From the IMG/VR virus record IMGVR_UViG_3300035191_000065: a stretch of 64,000 nt of DNA; one strand, 5' to 3'. Source of the DNA: an uncultured virus (IMG/VR IMGVR_UViG_3300035191_000065). Its lineage: Duplodnaviria; Heunggongvirae; Uroviricota; Caudoviricetes. Below the pieces are notes generated by a model that was given only the letters and a program-made list of their open reading frames with translations, was not told the DNA's origin and did not search any database. The position numbers and the translations under genes are program-made. Within the stretch, counting starts at the first letter, position 1, and each line of letters opens with the position of its first letter. Below are positions 29,817 through 39,134 of this stretch, piece after piece.

Positions 29817-30319
29817 CAGCGGTTCTTTCTTCGCGCCTCCCGTGCCATCTTGCGCTTGTGCTTGCCGCTCTTGATCTGACGGCGCTTGCTCTTGCTGATA
29901 GCCAGCTCGGGGTGGGCGCTCATTATGGCGCCGGGCTTGTGACCGATCTGGAACATCTCATTGATGACTCCCTTGGTCGTCTCGTACCAGACCTTCTCAC
30001 GGAGGAGCTGCCCGATGACCCGCTGCTCGCTGTAGCCCTTCTCCATCATGGTGTCGGCGTTCTCCAGTGCGGCGCGTGCAGCCTGCATCAGCATCCTGAA
30101 GACGTTGGGTAGACCCGAGCACAGAGGGCAGGATTGGTGTGTCTGCTGCTCCTCGGCAATCTGTCCTTCGAGCCACTGACCTTCTTCGATGAAGAACTCT
30201 TCGAGCTGGTCATAGGTGATTTTTTCGCCGTTTCCGACCTCCACAGCCGGGGGCGCCTCTTGTTGCTCGACGGTCTCCTCAGCCGCCTTCTGTTCGTCTG
30301 TCATCCGACCTTCCTCCAT
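29816..30319 (-). CDS. Hypothetical protein with basic C-terminus
   Basis: CPLC; start may be MTDEQ at 30304. Confidence 0.6.
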   Translation of the reverse strand: MEEGRMTDEQKAAEETVEQQEAPPAVEVGNGEKITYDQLEEFFIEEGQWLEGQIAEEQQTHQSCPLCSGLPNVFRMLMQAARAALENADTMMEKGYSEQRVIGQLLREKVWYETTKGVINEMFQIGHKPGAIMSAHPELAISKSKRRQIKSGKHKRKMAREARRKNR

Positions 30320-30893
30320 CCCTTCGTTCGGACCATCGAATCTGGTCCGAGATCAGTCTGCGATATCCCTTGTCCAGCTCGCCGCCAACGTTGAAAGCAA
30401 CAAGGCAGTCGCAGTCGGCGCCGACCTGGACCCAGTAAGCTGCGGTGTCTTGCCTGTCGTAGCGTGGAAAGTGGGTCCTCAGGATGTTCATTGCCTTGGG
30501 CCAGCGATCCGTTTTGCGGTCCCAAGTCCAACCTTCGGGGCGCTCAGAGCAGGAGCAGTTGTATGTATAAGCCCCTTGTGCCCTTGCTTTCTTGTTTTCC
30601 CACTCGGGCTTGAGGTCGATACCTTTCTTGCTTCTGAGTAGTGACTCGAACGCTGGCCAGTCGGGGCTTGCTGGTGTCATTGCGTCGCCTTCATACCAGG
30701 CCAGGGCCTTCATGTAGGCGACGATGTCGTCGAGCAGGGCGATGTTGAAACTGACGCGCCGATCGCCATCTACAATTTGAATGACCTGTTCGTCCGGAGG
30801 ATGCCTGAAGAGGCTGAAGCACTTGGGAACGCGAACTCTCAGGCCGCTCCGGTGGGTGAAATCATGGAGTGGGTCTTTTTCTTGATCGCTCAT
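30279..30893 (-). CDS. Hypothetical protein with DUF2695-like C-terminus
   Basis: GADCDCLVAFNV resembles the G.CDCE..N motif. Confidence 0.5.
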   Translation of the reverse strand: MSDQEKDPLHDFTHRSGLRVRVPKCFSLFRHPPDEQVIQIVDGDRRVSFNIALLDDIVAYMKALAWYEGDAMTPASPDWPAFESLLRSKKGIDLKPEWENKKARAQGAYTYNCSCSERPEGWTWDRKTDRWPKAMNILRTHFPRYDRQDTAAYWVQVGADCDCLVAFNVGGELDKGYRRLISDQIRWSERRDGGRSDDRRTEGG

Positions 30894-31330
30894 CCGGCCT
30901 TCTTCCTCCGCCGTCGCTTACGGTTAGGCGACTTCATGATGAGATCAGTTTCCCATCCCTCCAGGACAAAAACGGGCAGGGTGGTCACACCCTTCTTATG
31001 TGCCTTCCAGAGCCGGTGCCATCCGTCAATAGGGATCATCATCGGCTTCTCTTCAGAGGTGTCTTTCAGTGTTGTTATCTTCGCGACGATGATGGGCTTT
31101 GTAAGATCGACCTCGTCGCTCTCGGCGTACTTCTTGTCGATGGCGATTAGGGCGAACATCGAGAAGACGCTCTCGATGCCGGCCTCCTCGGGCTCCTTGT
31201 CCTTGCAAAGCTCGATCGCCGCGTCGATGTCAAAGCTGGTCGTCAGAAAGGTGAACACCTCTCCCTTGAAGGTCGCCTTGACCTTCGTTGTTGATTTTGC
31301 GCTCATGTGGAATTTCCTTGTGAACGCCAT
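30890..31330 (-). CDS. ParB/sulfiredoxin-like domain protein
   Basis: VDLTKPII...IDGWHRLWKA...G...LPV. Confidence 0.6.
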   Translation of the reverse strand: MAFTRKFHMSAKSTTKVKATFKGEVFTFLTTSFDIDAAIELCKDKEPEEAGIESVFSMFALIAIDKKYAESDEVDLTKPIIVAKITTLKDTSEEKPMMIPIDGWHRLWKAHKKGVTTLPVFVLEGWETDLIMKSPNRKRRRRKKAG

Positions 31331-31542
31331 CCCAGTCGAGGACAGCGTGGTATGGGTCGAATGTCTCTGTGGTTATCCAGAATCTTGAGGATGATTGAAC
31401 CGGCTCGTTTCCAAGAGGCGGCAGCACGGTGATGTCCTCTGGCAGCTCTACGACGTAGATGTCGTGCTTCAGAATGTGGAGCTGATCTGGGATGATTCGG
31501 AGGGTGTTGCCTTTTCGCTCGACCATGATGGCTGCATAGGGT

Positions 31543-31896
31543 CTACCGAGTCGCCTCGCCCGAAGTCGTCCGCTCTTGATGTGTTTCTGAAGGGGGTGCG
31601 TCATCTTCTTTTGAAAGCCTTTCGAGAATGCGTTTGCAGTGACGACAGATATCGTCACCGCTGGATCGATCGATGCCGAAGACGGTGCAAAGAAAACGCT
31701 CTGCAGCGCGAGAAGCGATGGGACCATGTGGGCAACTGTCGTATTCGCGGGCGTCATCTGGGACTCGCTTCATGCACATGGTGAAAAATCCCTTGACGTC
31801 CTCAGGATTATCATCTTCACGAGTCGGGACCGCGTGCCGGGCAGACCACCCACTTTTGGTGCGCCACGCGCACCATATGTACTGTGGCTCTTTCAT
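31543..31896 (-). CDS. Hypothetical Cys-containing protein
   Basis: Start MKEPQY coupled to the upstream stop. Confidence 0.45.
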   Translation of the reverse strand: MKEPQYIWCAWRTKSGWSARHAVPTREDDNPEDVKGFFTMCMKRVPDDAREYDSCPHGPIASRAAERFLCTVFGIDRSSGDDICRHCKRILERLSKEDDAPPSETHQERTTSGEATR

Positions 31897-32198
31897 TATT
31901 TTTTTCGGGGTGGTGGAAGGAATAGGGACATGACTGGGCCTCCGAAGGCGCGCATCATGCCGAACCACGTTTCTTGCATCTGGGCGACGGATTCGTTGTA
32001 GGCTTCAGGGTCGGTGACGCCCTCAAACTCAGCAGTCTCCAGGTGGCCGTCCTCGTAGGTCATCTCCTTGTGCACGACGTGGGTCTGACCTCCAACCCGC
32101 GTCACGCTGTGGTAGCTCATTCGGAACCAGGGAAAGATTGTTTGGAGGCTCGTCGGCTGACGGCGACCCACGACCTCGATGTCCATGGGCTCTTCCAT
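31896..32198 (-). CDS. Hypothetical protein
   Basis: Start MEEPM with GGAGG SD. Confidence 0.5.
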   Translation of the reverse strand: MEEPMDIEVVGRRQPTSLQTIFPWFRMSYHSVTRVGGQTHVVHKEMTYEDGHLETAEFEGVTDPEAYNESVAQMQETWFGMMRAFGGPVMSLFLPPPRKK

Positions 32199-32357
32199 CC
32201 TCCTGACGCCACCTCCTTCCCTCCTGGCCAATGAATCCTTCTTATTCATGGGTCTCATCCCTTCTATCATAGCAATGTAACACATGCAACAGGGGCATGT
32301 GTGATGGACGCCATGAGAGGCAGCTAAGCCTCCCATAGCGTAGGGTTTTGGTGGAAT

Positions 32358-32768
32358 TTAGGACCGATGCTTAATGAGATCTCCCAAGCAGACCGAAAGG
32401 ATCTTCGATTTGCGCGGTTTTCTCTCATGCATGGTCTTGAGGTGAGGGTCGAATCGTTGCGTGGCGAGCAGGTGCCTCAGATGCCGAAAGACCTCGTGAG
32501 GACAGCTCGTGGGCTTCGGGAGTGGAAAAAGAGAATCGAGCGGGACCATCATCACTTTGTCGTCGTAGAAGTACGTATCGTGATGCAGGCTCATCTGGCG
32601 ACCGGCGCGAGAATTGCACTCAACCTGAACGGGGAGCTTGTCGGGTTTGAGAACGGTAGATCCGATGACGATTGTGGCATAGCCGTTCTGGCGGTCGATT
32701 GTGAGGACGATAGACGGACGCTCCTTGTCGTGAAACCGGAACAGGACAGTCTGCCCTTCTTCCATCAT
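32358..32768 (-). CDS. PemK/MazF-fold-like protein
   Basis: G..V.F.F..KERP.IVL......TIV..ST pattern; weak. Confidence 0.4.
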   Translation of the reverse strand: MMEEGQTVLFRFHDKERPSIVLTIDRQNGYATIVIGSTVLKPDKLPVQVECNSRAGRQMSLHHDTYFYDDKVMMVPLDSLFPLPKPTSCPHEVFRHLRHLLATQRFDPHLKTMHERKPRKSKILSVCLGDLIKHRS

Positions 32769-34672
32769 GTACCGCCTTTCTGTGGTTGACCCTCCTTTTG
32801 CTGTTTGTGCCACTCGCCAATGAGCCTGGAAGCCATGCTCTTCGTAATGCCTTTGTCGAAGGGGATCTTCTTCCAGCGAAGAAAGCCGAGTTGCTTTTTC
32901 GTCGCGGGGACGCGCTCGCGAATGATGCGTTCGATGATCATGGTGGTAATCATGTTTGTTGCTTCACCACGGCTCTTCGGCTTCTTCCCGGTGCGGGCCA
33001 GGACGTTGAGCTGCTGGTTGGTCGGCGGGAGAGCGAGCCAGTCGGCGTCGCGATCGATGATTTTTGTCTTCGCCATCTTCCGACCCTTTGACCTGGTCTC
33101 GTGAAGCTCACGACAGGCGTCCTCGGCTAGGCCGAAGGCCCAGTCGAAGCTGAGCGGCTTCGAGGTCAGCTTGTGTTCGGCATACTCCTCGCTGCGAGGA
33201 ATGCGCCGCTTTTTGTTTGCCTTGGGTTTCGGCGTATCGCCGGGGGCGACCAGCTCGAACTGGTTGCCCGATGGCGACTCATCGAGGTCTTCGCGAGGCG
33301 GCTCGAAGTGATAGACGTCAAATTCCGTTGGGTTGTCGTCATCCACAGGACGGATGACCATGAAACCGTGCTCCTTGCCGATGGACAGGGCGAAGCCGTA
33401 CTGGCTGCGAGCCCACCTGAATCCGGCGCGGGGTGGCGGCTTGCGGATATCGACTTTCTGAGCTTCGCGGACAGCCGCAAGAATCGAGGGGATGTGCTTT
33501 TCCTGTGCCTCGGCGTCTTCCTCCTCCTTCTTTTTCTTCTCAAATCCTCTCAGCCTTTCGAGCCCGAAGAGGTGGGGGAGCTGAATGATGTGGTGGCGCT
33601 TGGAGTTATACGAGAAATCGAGGATGAGGCAGTTGTCCTTCATGGGGTCGGGTCGGGTGCCTCGACCGATTTGCTGAATATAGAGCGATTGAGAGAGGGT
33701 GGGTCGAGCGAGCATAATGCAGGACAGTGGAGGTGCCTCATCCAGCGCGATGTCATCGAAGCCCTCGGTCAAGATCATACAGTTGACCAAGACGTCGAGC
33801 TTCCCACGTTGGAAGGCATCGAGCTTCGCCCTGCGGTCAGTCTGAGGCATGTCGCCAAAAATGACGTCGGACTTGACTCCGCGAGACTTGAAGCATTGAG
33901 CGAGCTGGTGAGCGTGCTCGACGTCTACCGCGAAGGCGATGGTTCGTCGTGAGGACGCACGGTTTTTCCAGGCATCGACCATGGCGACCATAATGTCTGT
34001 CCTGGTGACGACTCGGCGCACCTCGGCGGGCTTGAGGTCGCCTGCACGGCGAGGGATTCCATCGATCGATACGTCGAGGGGGACTTGCTCCAGCTCCAGG
34101 TCGGAGAGGAAGCCGTCCTCGATGAGGTCGAGCATTGATTTCTGGTAGGTGACATCGGCGAAGACTTCGCTCATCCGGGTGCCGTCGGCACGAACCGGTG
34201 TGGCCGTGAGCCCCACGATGATGATGTTGGGGTTGGCTTCTACGAAGGCGTCGATGATCATGCGGTAGGAGTCTGCAGTAGCGTGGTGAGCTTCGTCGAT
34301 GTAGAGGAGAGAATACTCCTGTGCTCCAATGACTTGAGCGAGGCGTTTTTCTCTTTGAATCGTTTGGACTGATGCGACGGTGACTTTGCGGCCAAGCTCG
34401 TTGTCTTTCGCTTTGACTCTACCGATCTCAGCGTCGTTCCAAACGAGTGGTATTTTTTGGGCCGGTTGGGTAATTAGCTCGTCTCGATGGGCCATGAAGA
34501 CGGCGCCTTTCCCAGTCTTGGTGACAACGCGCCTGATGTCTTCTGCAGCAACGATTGTTTTGCCCGAACCCGTTGGGAGGACGACGAGCTGCTTTCGTTT
34601 TCCGTCACGTCGTCCTTGGTCGAGGGCTTTGAGCGCCTCGTCCTGATAGTAGCGCATTTTGATGACGGGCAT
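32765..34672 (-). CDS. SF2 DEAH-box helicase (SSL2/Irc3-like)
   Basis: RYYQ, LPTGSGKT, IDEAHH, GLTATP, LTEGFD, QQIGRGTR. Confidence 0.92.
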   Translation of the reverse strand: MPVIKMRYYQDEALKALDQGRRDGKRKQLVVLPTGSGKTIVAAEDIRRVVTKTGKGAVFMAHRDELITQPAQKIPLVWNDAEIGRVKAKDNELGRKVTVASVQTIQREKRLAQVIGAQEYSLLYIDEAHHATADSYRMIIDAFVEANPNIIIVGLTATPVRADGTRMSEVFADVTYQKSMLDLIEDGFLSDLELEQVPLDVSIDGIPRRAGDLKPAEVRRVVTRTDIMVAMVDAWKNRASSRRTIAFAVDVEHAHQLAQCFKSRGVKSDVIFGDMPQTDRRAKLDAFQRGKLDVLVNCMILTEGFDDIALDEAPPLSCIMLARPTLSQSLYIQQIGRGTRPDPMKDNCLILDFSYNSKRHHIIQLPHLFGLERLRGFEKKKKEEEDAEAQEKHIPSILAAVREAQKVDIRKPPPRAGFRWARSQYGFALSIGKEHGFMVIRPVDDDNPTEFDVYHFEPPREDLDESPSGNQFELVAPGDTPKPKANKKRRIPRSEEYAEHKLTSKPLSFDWAFGLAEDACRELHETRSKGRKMAKTKIIDRDADWLALPPTNQQLNVLARTGKKPKSRGEATNMITTMIIERIIRERVPATKKQLGFLRWKKIPFDKGITKSMASRLIGEWHKQQKEGQPQKGGT

Positions 34673-34952
34673 GGTGTTTATCTCCGTGAGAATAGGCGTC
34701 CAAATGCAGCATGGCGAACAAATAGTTCATGCTCATTTATAACGCCGATGTCAAAGAGAATGTCATCCCAGCACTCTTCGTGCATTAGAAATAAAACATC
34801 CTCAGGATTTGAAGTTTTTGGGTTGAGTAAAACGCGGTTGAGCGCGTCGAGGGCTGGGCAGACCAATTTGGCTGAAACAGCGTTTCCGTCTCGCAGGGGG
34901 GCGGCACTGTTGCCGCCCCCCTGCGGACAGAGATTGCTTTCACGGGCCAAGG

Positions 34953-36347
34953 TCAGCCGCCGACCTTTTGTGACTCTTCGTCCTCATCCTCATCCTCGTC
35001 ATCCAGGAGAACTTGGTAGAAAACGGCGAGGGCGTTCTGAAGCTGCTTTGTCGCTTCGAGAAGGTTCGCCTTCGCCTGCTTGCGCGTGAACTTTCGAGTC
35101 TTTGGAGCTTTTGGCTCGCTTGTCGGCTTCGGCGAGGATTGAAGCTTCTGAGCTTTCGACTCGAAGACCTCGGGTTCAGGATTGGGCTCGGGCTCGGGCT
35201 CGGGCTCCGGCTCCGATTCGTCTTCCTCCATGAACTCTGGAGGAACTTCAAGACCGGCGTCCTCGTCGAGCATCGACTCCAGGATGTCGGCTTCATCATC
35301 GACGTGTGCCATGGTCGCCCGGTTCTCAGACTGTGCGTGCATGGCAGCGTTGGCCTCCTCGTCGTCCAATTCAACCATCTCCAGGACTTCATTTGGAATA
35401 TCGACGCCCTTCAACCCCTTGATGGAGCGAAGGATGTCGAGGTCCAGCTCAGCCCAGGTGCCACTGCGAGTGTTGCCGAGCGCAAAGTAGAACACCTGTT
35501 TGACGGTGTGCAGGTTGTTCTTCACGTCCGAGCGAAGATTGACTGGCTCGAAGGCATCCTCGGAGCTGAATCGGCGCCGCTCGTTAGCACGAGCGATTGG
35601 AAGACCGGATTCCTCGATGACCTTCTTGTTATGAGGGTCATCGTAGAAGACCTCCCAGGCGGCTGCCTTGTTCTTCCAACCCACAGCATCCAAGGCGTCA
35701 CGCTCCGGGCATAGCGGCTCATCGACTTCCTCCTCTTCGGGAGGCTCGGGAAGCTCGTTCGGAACGTCCTCGGGAAGCTGAATCCAGACGTAGTGACCGC
35801 AGCCGCCGCAGATGGTGTCGTCACCGGCGATCAAGTGCATGGCCTTGTTCTCCGGGTCGGTTGCCGCTGCGATGAGGTCGAGCTGCATTGGAGTGAAACG
35901 CTGATTCCACCAGGGAACCTCGCCATCGGCGATGCGCTCAGGCGTGACGGGCTCGATCTCGTTGCCGCGTTTGACGCAGCAGCAGCGACCCCAGTCATGG
36001 GTCCACATGCGGTCGGTAATCAGCGATCGAACATTGCCCTGAGACTCGATGCGCTCGGGAATCTGAACCGGCTCGTCTTCGGGGACTTCGCGGATCTCGA
36101 TTTGGTCTCCAGCCGTCGCCAAGACGCAACCTTCGAGGGTGGTTACTTGCTCCTCCTCGCACATCTCAAGATATTGGTCGACAAAGATGTCGACTGTGAA
36201 GATGACTCCGAAGTCTCGGCCTCTTTCCGAGGAGAGGATGAGCCTCTTGAGATCAGGGTCCTCGGGGTGGTTGATGACGAGGTGGATGTAGCCCAGCTCC
36301 TCACCGATCGGGTGGTGATACAGCTCGATAGAATACTGCTCGCTCAT
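34953..36347 (-). CDS. Hypothetical acidic protein (464 aa)
   Basis: AAGGAG SD; EP repeats. Confidence 0.7.
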   Translation of the reverse strand: MSEQYSIELYHHPIGEELGYIHLVINHPEDPDLKRLILSSERGRDFGVIFTVDIFVDQYLEMCEEEQVTTLEGCVLATAGDQIEIREVPEDEPVQIPERIESQGNVRSLITDRMWTHDWGRCCCVKRGNEIEPVTPERIADGEVPWWNQRFTPMQLDLIAAATDPENKAMHLIAGDDTICGGCGHYVWIQLPEDVPNELPEPPEEEEVDEPLCPERDALDAVGWKNKAAAWEVFYDDPHNKKVIEESGLPIARANERRRFSSEDAFEPVNLRSDVKNNLHTVKQVFYFALGNTRSGTWAELDLDILRSIKGLKGVDIPNEVLEMVELDDEEANAAMHAQSENRATMAHVDDEADILESMLDEDAGLEVPPEFMEEDESEPEPEPEPEPNPEPEVFESKAQKLQSSPKPTSEPKAPKTRKFTRKQAKANLLEATKQLQNALAVFYQVLLDDEDEDEDEESQKVGG

Positions 36348-36416
36348 GGCAAGCTCCTTCCTCCGCAGTATTGCATCTGCGCCTTTTGGGGTTAAGTGTT
36401 TTTGCGGAAAATTGTG

Positions 36417-36662
36417 TTACTGGCCGGGAACTTCCGGCAGTTCTTCGATGATTTCGTGATAGGCGATTCCATCGACGACTCCGAGGTCGAGCCATTGGTC
36501 GATGAAGCTCCGATGCTTGCCGATAAAGGCAACGGATGGCTCGCCCTCTGCCGTGGTGCAATAGGTACAAATTCCGGTCTTATCGTCGAAGGTGGCAATC
36601 CAATCGACGGAGGGTGGGTCCGAGCCAGGACTGTTGGTTTTTCTCAGGTGCAGGACGGACAA
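36417..36662 (-). CDS. Hypothetical protein
   Basis: GGAGG SD. Confidence 0.5.
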   Translation of the reverse strand: MSVLHLRKTNSPGSDPPSVDWIATFDDKTGICTYCTTAEGEPSVAFIGKHRSFIDQWLDLGVVDGIAYHEIIEELPEVPGQ

Positions 36663-36671
36663 TGGTTCCTC

Positions 36672-37958
36672 CTATTTCTTGGGTTTGGGCTTCTTCTCCT
36701 TTCGGTTGTACAGCCGAGAGGAGTAGTTGCGTTCGGCTTTGCTTTCAAGGGTGGCTTGTACGAGGCTGACCTTCTCGCGCCCAAGCTCTTCGGCTTTGGT
36801 CTTCATCAGCTCCTTGAGCTTCTTTGTGGAGACAGTCGTCAGGTCGGCGAGCAGCTCGGCGGGGCTTATGTCGAACTTGTGAGCGAGCAGTGGGATGACG
36901 ACGTCGGCTGGATAGTTCTTTCGCTCGACAGATGAGAGCTTGAAGAACCAGCCGCCGATCTCCAGCGGGTGTTTGGATGATTTGAGGTGTGCCTTGATGA
37001 CGTCGTCGATTTCGTCGAGCCGCTTGCCGACGATCTTCTTTCGGATTGCAAGCGCAGCACGCTCCTCGATGAGCTTGTCAAAGTCATTCATGTCCTCGGC
37101 GACGGTGTGGCTGTCGCCCTTGAGGGCTTTTTGGTAGGCGGGGCAGTCGTGGCGGTGGTGACAGTAGGTGCAGTTGGAGTTGAGCCGTGGAGCCCACTCT
37201 CGCTCGTCGCGTATCTGAGCCGCCGTCGCCAGGATGTATCGTTCGGTGTCGCGGCGCTCGGCGGTGCTGTGGCGAACCTGAAGGTGAGTGCCGTCACGCA
37301 GCAGATTGAGTGCGGCGCGGTAGGCCCTGGCGTCAGGCCACTTCTCGCGAGCGGCGAGATCGTAGATGGAGAGTTGGAGCGACTCTTGTGCGTCCCGGCT
37401 CGTGAGAAACGCCTTGGTCGTCTTCCAATCGATGACTTCGATGAGAGTCTCGACTTCGCCCGTCTCCTCGTCTACTAGATCGTGTCCGAGGACAAGGTCT
37501 AGGTAGCCGACAACCTCCACGGGCATGAGGTTGCTGGGCTCGATCGCCGTCTCTTCCTCTTCCTCCTCGTCATCATACTCATCATCCTGGGGACGATACT
37601 CAATGGTGAACTTGAAGGGCTCCTCGATGCCGAGGATGGAGTGGGGGTCGAGAGGGATGCTCCACTTCTCAACCCAGTCGGCGACGATCTGCAGTCCGTC
37701 GGTAAAAAGCTCTTTGCCGCTCAGACCCAGCTCCTTCCCCCATTCCTCGGTGTAGATGTCGGAGGCGAGTGAAGCGTCGAAGGGCTTGGCCTCTCCCGCT
37801 TCCTTGTACTTCTTGAGGAGCTTCTGAATTGTTCGGTGAACGACTCTGCCGAGCCGGATGGGAGCGGTTGGCTTCCCACGCTTTTTCTGGTTGCGCTCCA
37901 GGTCGTATTGCCTTGGACATTCTTCGTACTGTTCAAGAGCGCTGTCGCTCGTCCTCAT
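36672..37958 (-). CDS. PD-(D/E)XK nuclease (RecB/Cas4-like, four-Cys cluster)
   Basis: S.S....Y..CP, G..VH, GYLDLV, VIDWKT, QL.IY, CxxC-x5-C. Confidence 0.88.
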   Translation of the reverse strand: MRTSDSALEQYEECPRQYDLERNQKKRGKPTAPIRLGRVVHRTIQKLLKKYKEAGEAKPFDASLASDIYTEEWGKELGLSGKELFTDGLQIVADWVEKWSIPLDPHSILGIEEPFKFTIEYRPQDDEYDDEEEEEETAIEPSNLMPVEVVGYLDLVLGHDLVDEETGEVETLIEVIDWKTTKAFLTSRDAQESLQLSIYDLAAREKWPDARAYRAALNLLRDGTHLQVRHSTAERRDTERYILATAAQIRDEREWAPRLNSNCTYCHHRHDCPAYQKALKGDSHTVAEDMNDFDKLIEERAALAIRKKIVGKRLDEIDDVIKAHLKSSKHPLEIGGWFFKLSSVERKNYPADVVIPLLAHKFDISPAELLADLTTVSTKKLKELMKTKAEELGREKVSLVQATLESKAERNYSSRLYNRKEKKPKPKK

Positions 37959-38038
37959 GATGAATTTCCCTCCTGTCGGTTTTGTGGATGTTGTAAGGAT
38001 ATACTAACTTTCCACTATGACAGAAGTGGTCACCCCTT

Positions 38039-38333
38039 AAAAAGTGTGCCCCTCGGCTGCAGCAAACCGAGGGGCACTGGGGGGACAGGTTCCGGGGGCA
38101 AGGGCCGAAGGCTGACACCGGCGCGCTGGCCATTTCGTCGGGGGGGAGGGTTTGCGTTGCGTGCATACGCGCCCCCGCGAGTCTTATGGGTCCTTTTTTT
38201 GAACGAAGCGCTTCGTTGTGGCGGGCCGGTATCAGCCCTCGAACCTTGTTCCCTTCGTTTTAAATGGATGAGGCGACAAAGTCGATGGGGGGGGACCGAC
38301 TCTATCGCCTCATCACTGGCTTTTACAAATCCC
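38039..38333 (-). ncRNA. Putative ~290 nt structured RNA with C-rich loops and its own terminator
   Basis: 20-bp hairpin with C8 loop (38267-38314); long-range helix GAGGGCTGATACCGGC/GCCGGTGTCAGCCTTC; terminator GTGCCCCTCGG/CCGAGGGGCAC plus T-run. Confidence 0.6.
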
Positions 38334-38339
38334 ACAGAA

Positions 38340-38367
38340 AGAATAACACCCCCTAGGGGGCTGTCAA
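38340..38367 (-). promoter_or_regulatory. Sigma70-type promoter
   Basis: TTGACA-16 nt-TATTCT with extended TGn on the minus strand. Confidence 0.65.
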
Positions 38368-38417
38368 CCCCGATAACCGAAAAAAATTACTTGATGCCGA
38401 GGAGTGGACGATAGAAG

Positions 38418-39083
38418 TCAAGGAACATCTGCGTTGAGCGAGCCCTTGGAAACGATCTCCCAGTCGGGGTGCTCAACCTCTCCCGTCCTCGATCGGCTGA
38501 TGCCATCGACCCACAGAGAGCGGACGCCTTCAAGAGCAGGATGTGGCTTTACAAGCTCGACGTCCCAGTTCGGATCCGCGAAATCGTGAGTCGTCCAGTT
38601 GATGAACTGGCCGTCGTCTTTCTGCGTCACCCGGACGAGCGCCGGGGGGTCGCAGGTGACCTCGACGGAGTCGTTGCCACGGTAGCCCATGACGAGCTTG
38701 GCTCGAAGAATCTTGTCGTGGTGCTCTTCGAGGTCGCGCCTGCAGGATTTCTCGATCGAGTCGTCCTGAAGATGGCGCTTGTCAGGTGAGAGCCTGAGCT
38801 GGTGCATGTGCTCGGTCAGCTCCGTTACCAGTTTGAGGGTGCCCTTGACGTTTTCGGTGAGGTTCTTGAGTTGCGCCTCGGACTCCTCAATGAGGGACTT
38901 GTCGGACTGGCCCTCGTTGATGAGGTCTTGGACCAATGCGAGTATCTCTGATTGGTCCTCTGCCGAAAGTTGTTCCTTGCCATCCTTGATTCTCTGGATG
39001 AGTCCGCCCATGAGGGACGCCCTGCCGGTTTGGACGGCGGCGGCAACCTCGGGGGGGAGTATTCGCTCGAATTCATTGGTCAT
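38418..39083 (-). CDS. Hypothetical coiled-coil protein directly downstream of the CRISPR array
   Basis: AGGAGGT SD; 221 aa. Confidence 0.7.
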   Translation of the reverse strand: MTNEFERILPPEVAAAVQTGRASLMGGLIQRIKDGKEQLSAEDQSEILALVQDLINEGQSDKSLIEESEAQLKNLTENVKGTLKLVTELTEHMHQLRLSPDKRHLQDDSIEKSCRRDLEEHHDKILRAKLVMGYRGNDSVEVTCDPPALVRVTQKDDGQFINWTTHDFADPNWDVELVKPHPALEGVRSLWVDGISRSRTGEVEHPDWEIVSKGSLNADVP

Positions 39084-39134
39084 GTTGTACCTCCTGTGTT
39101 GTTATGTGACCCCAGCGTCGACGTATCTCTATCG

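Noticed and set aside
36672..37958. cas4 adaptation gene belonging to the CRISPR locus
   Set aside because: RecB-like nucleases are common phage recombination genes; it is separated from the array by a gene, promoter and terminator, and no cas1/cas2 is present
38039..38333. tracrRNA for the Cas12 effector
   Set aside because: I saw no anti-repeat complementarity, and characterised Cas12m needs no tracrRNA
39102..39110. Eleventh degenerate CRISPR repeat
   Set aside because: Only the TGTGAC end matches and the spacer would be 24 bp; too weak
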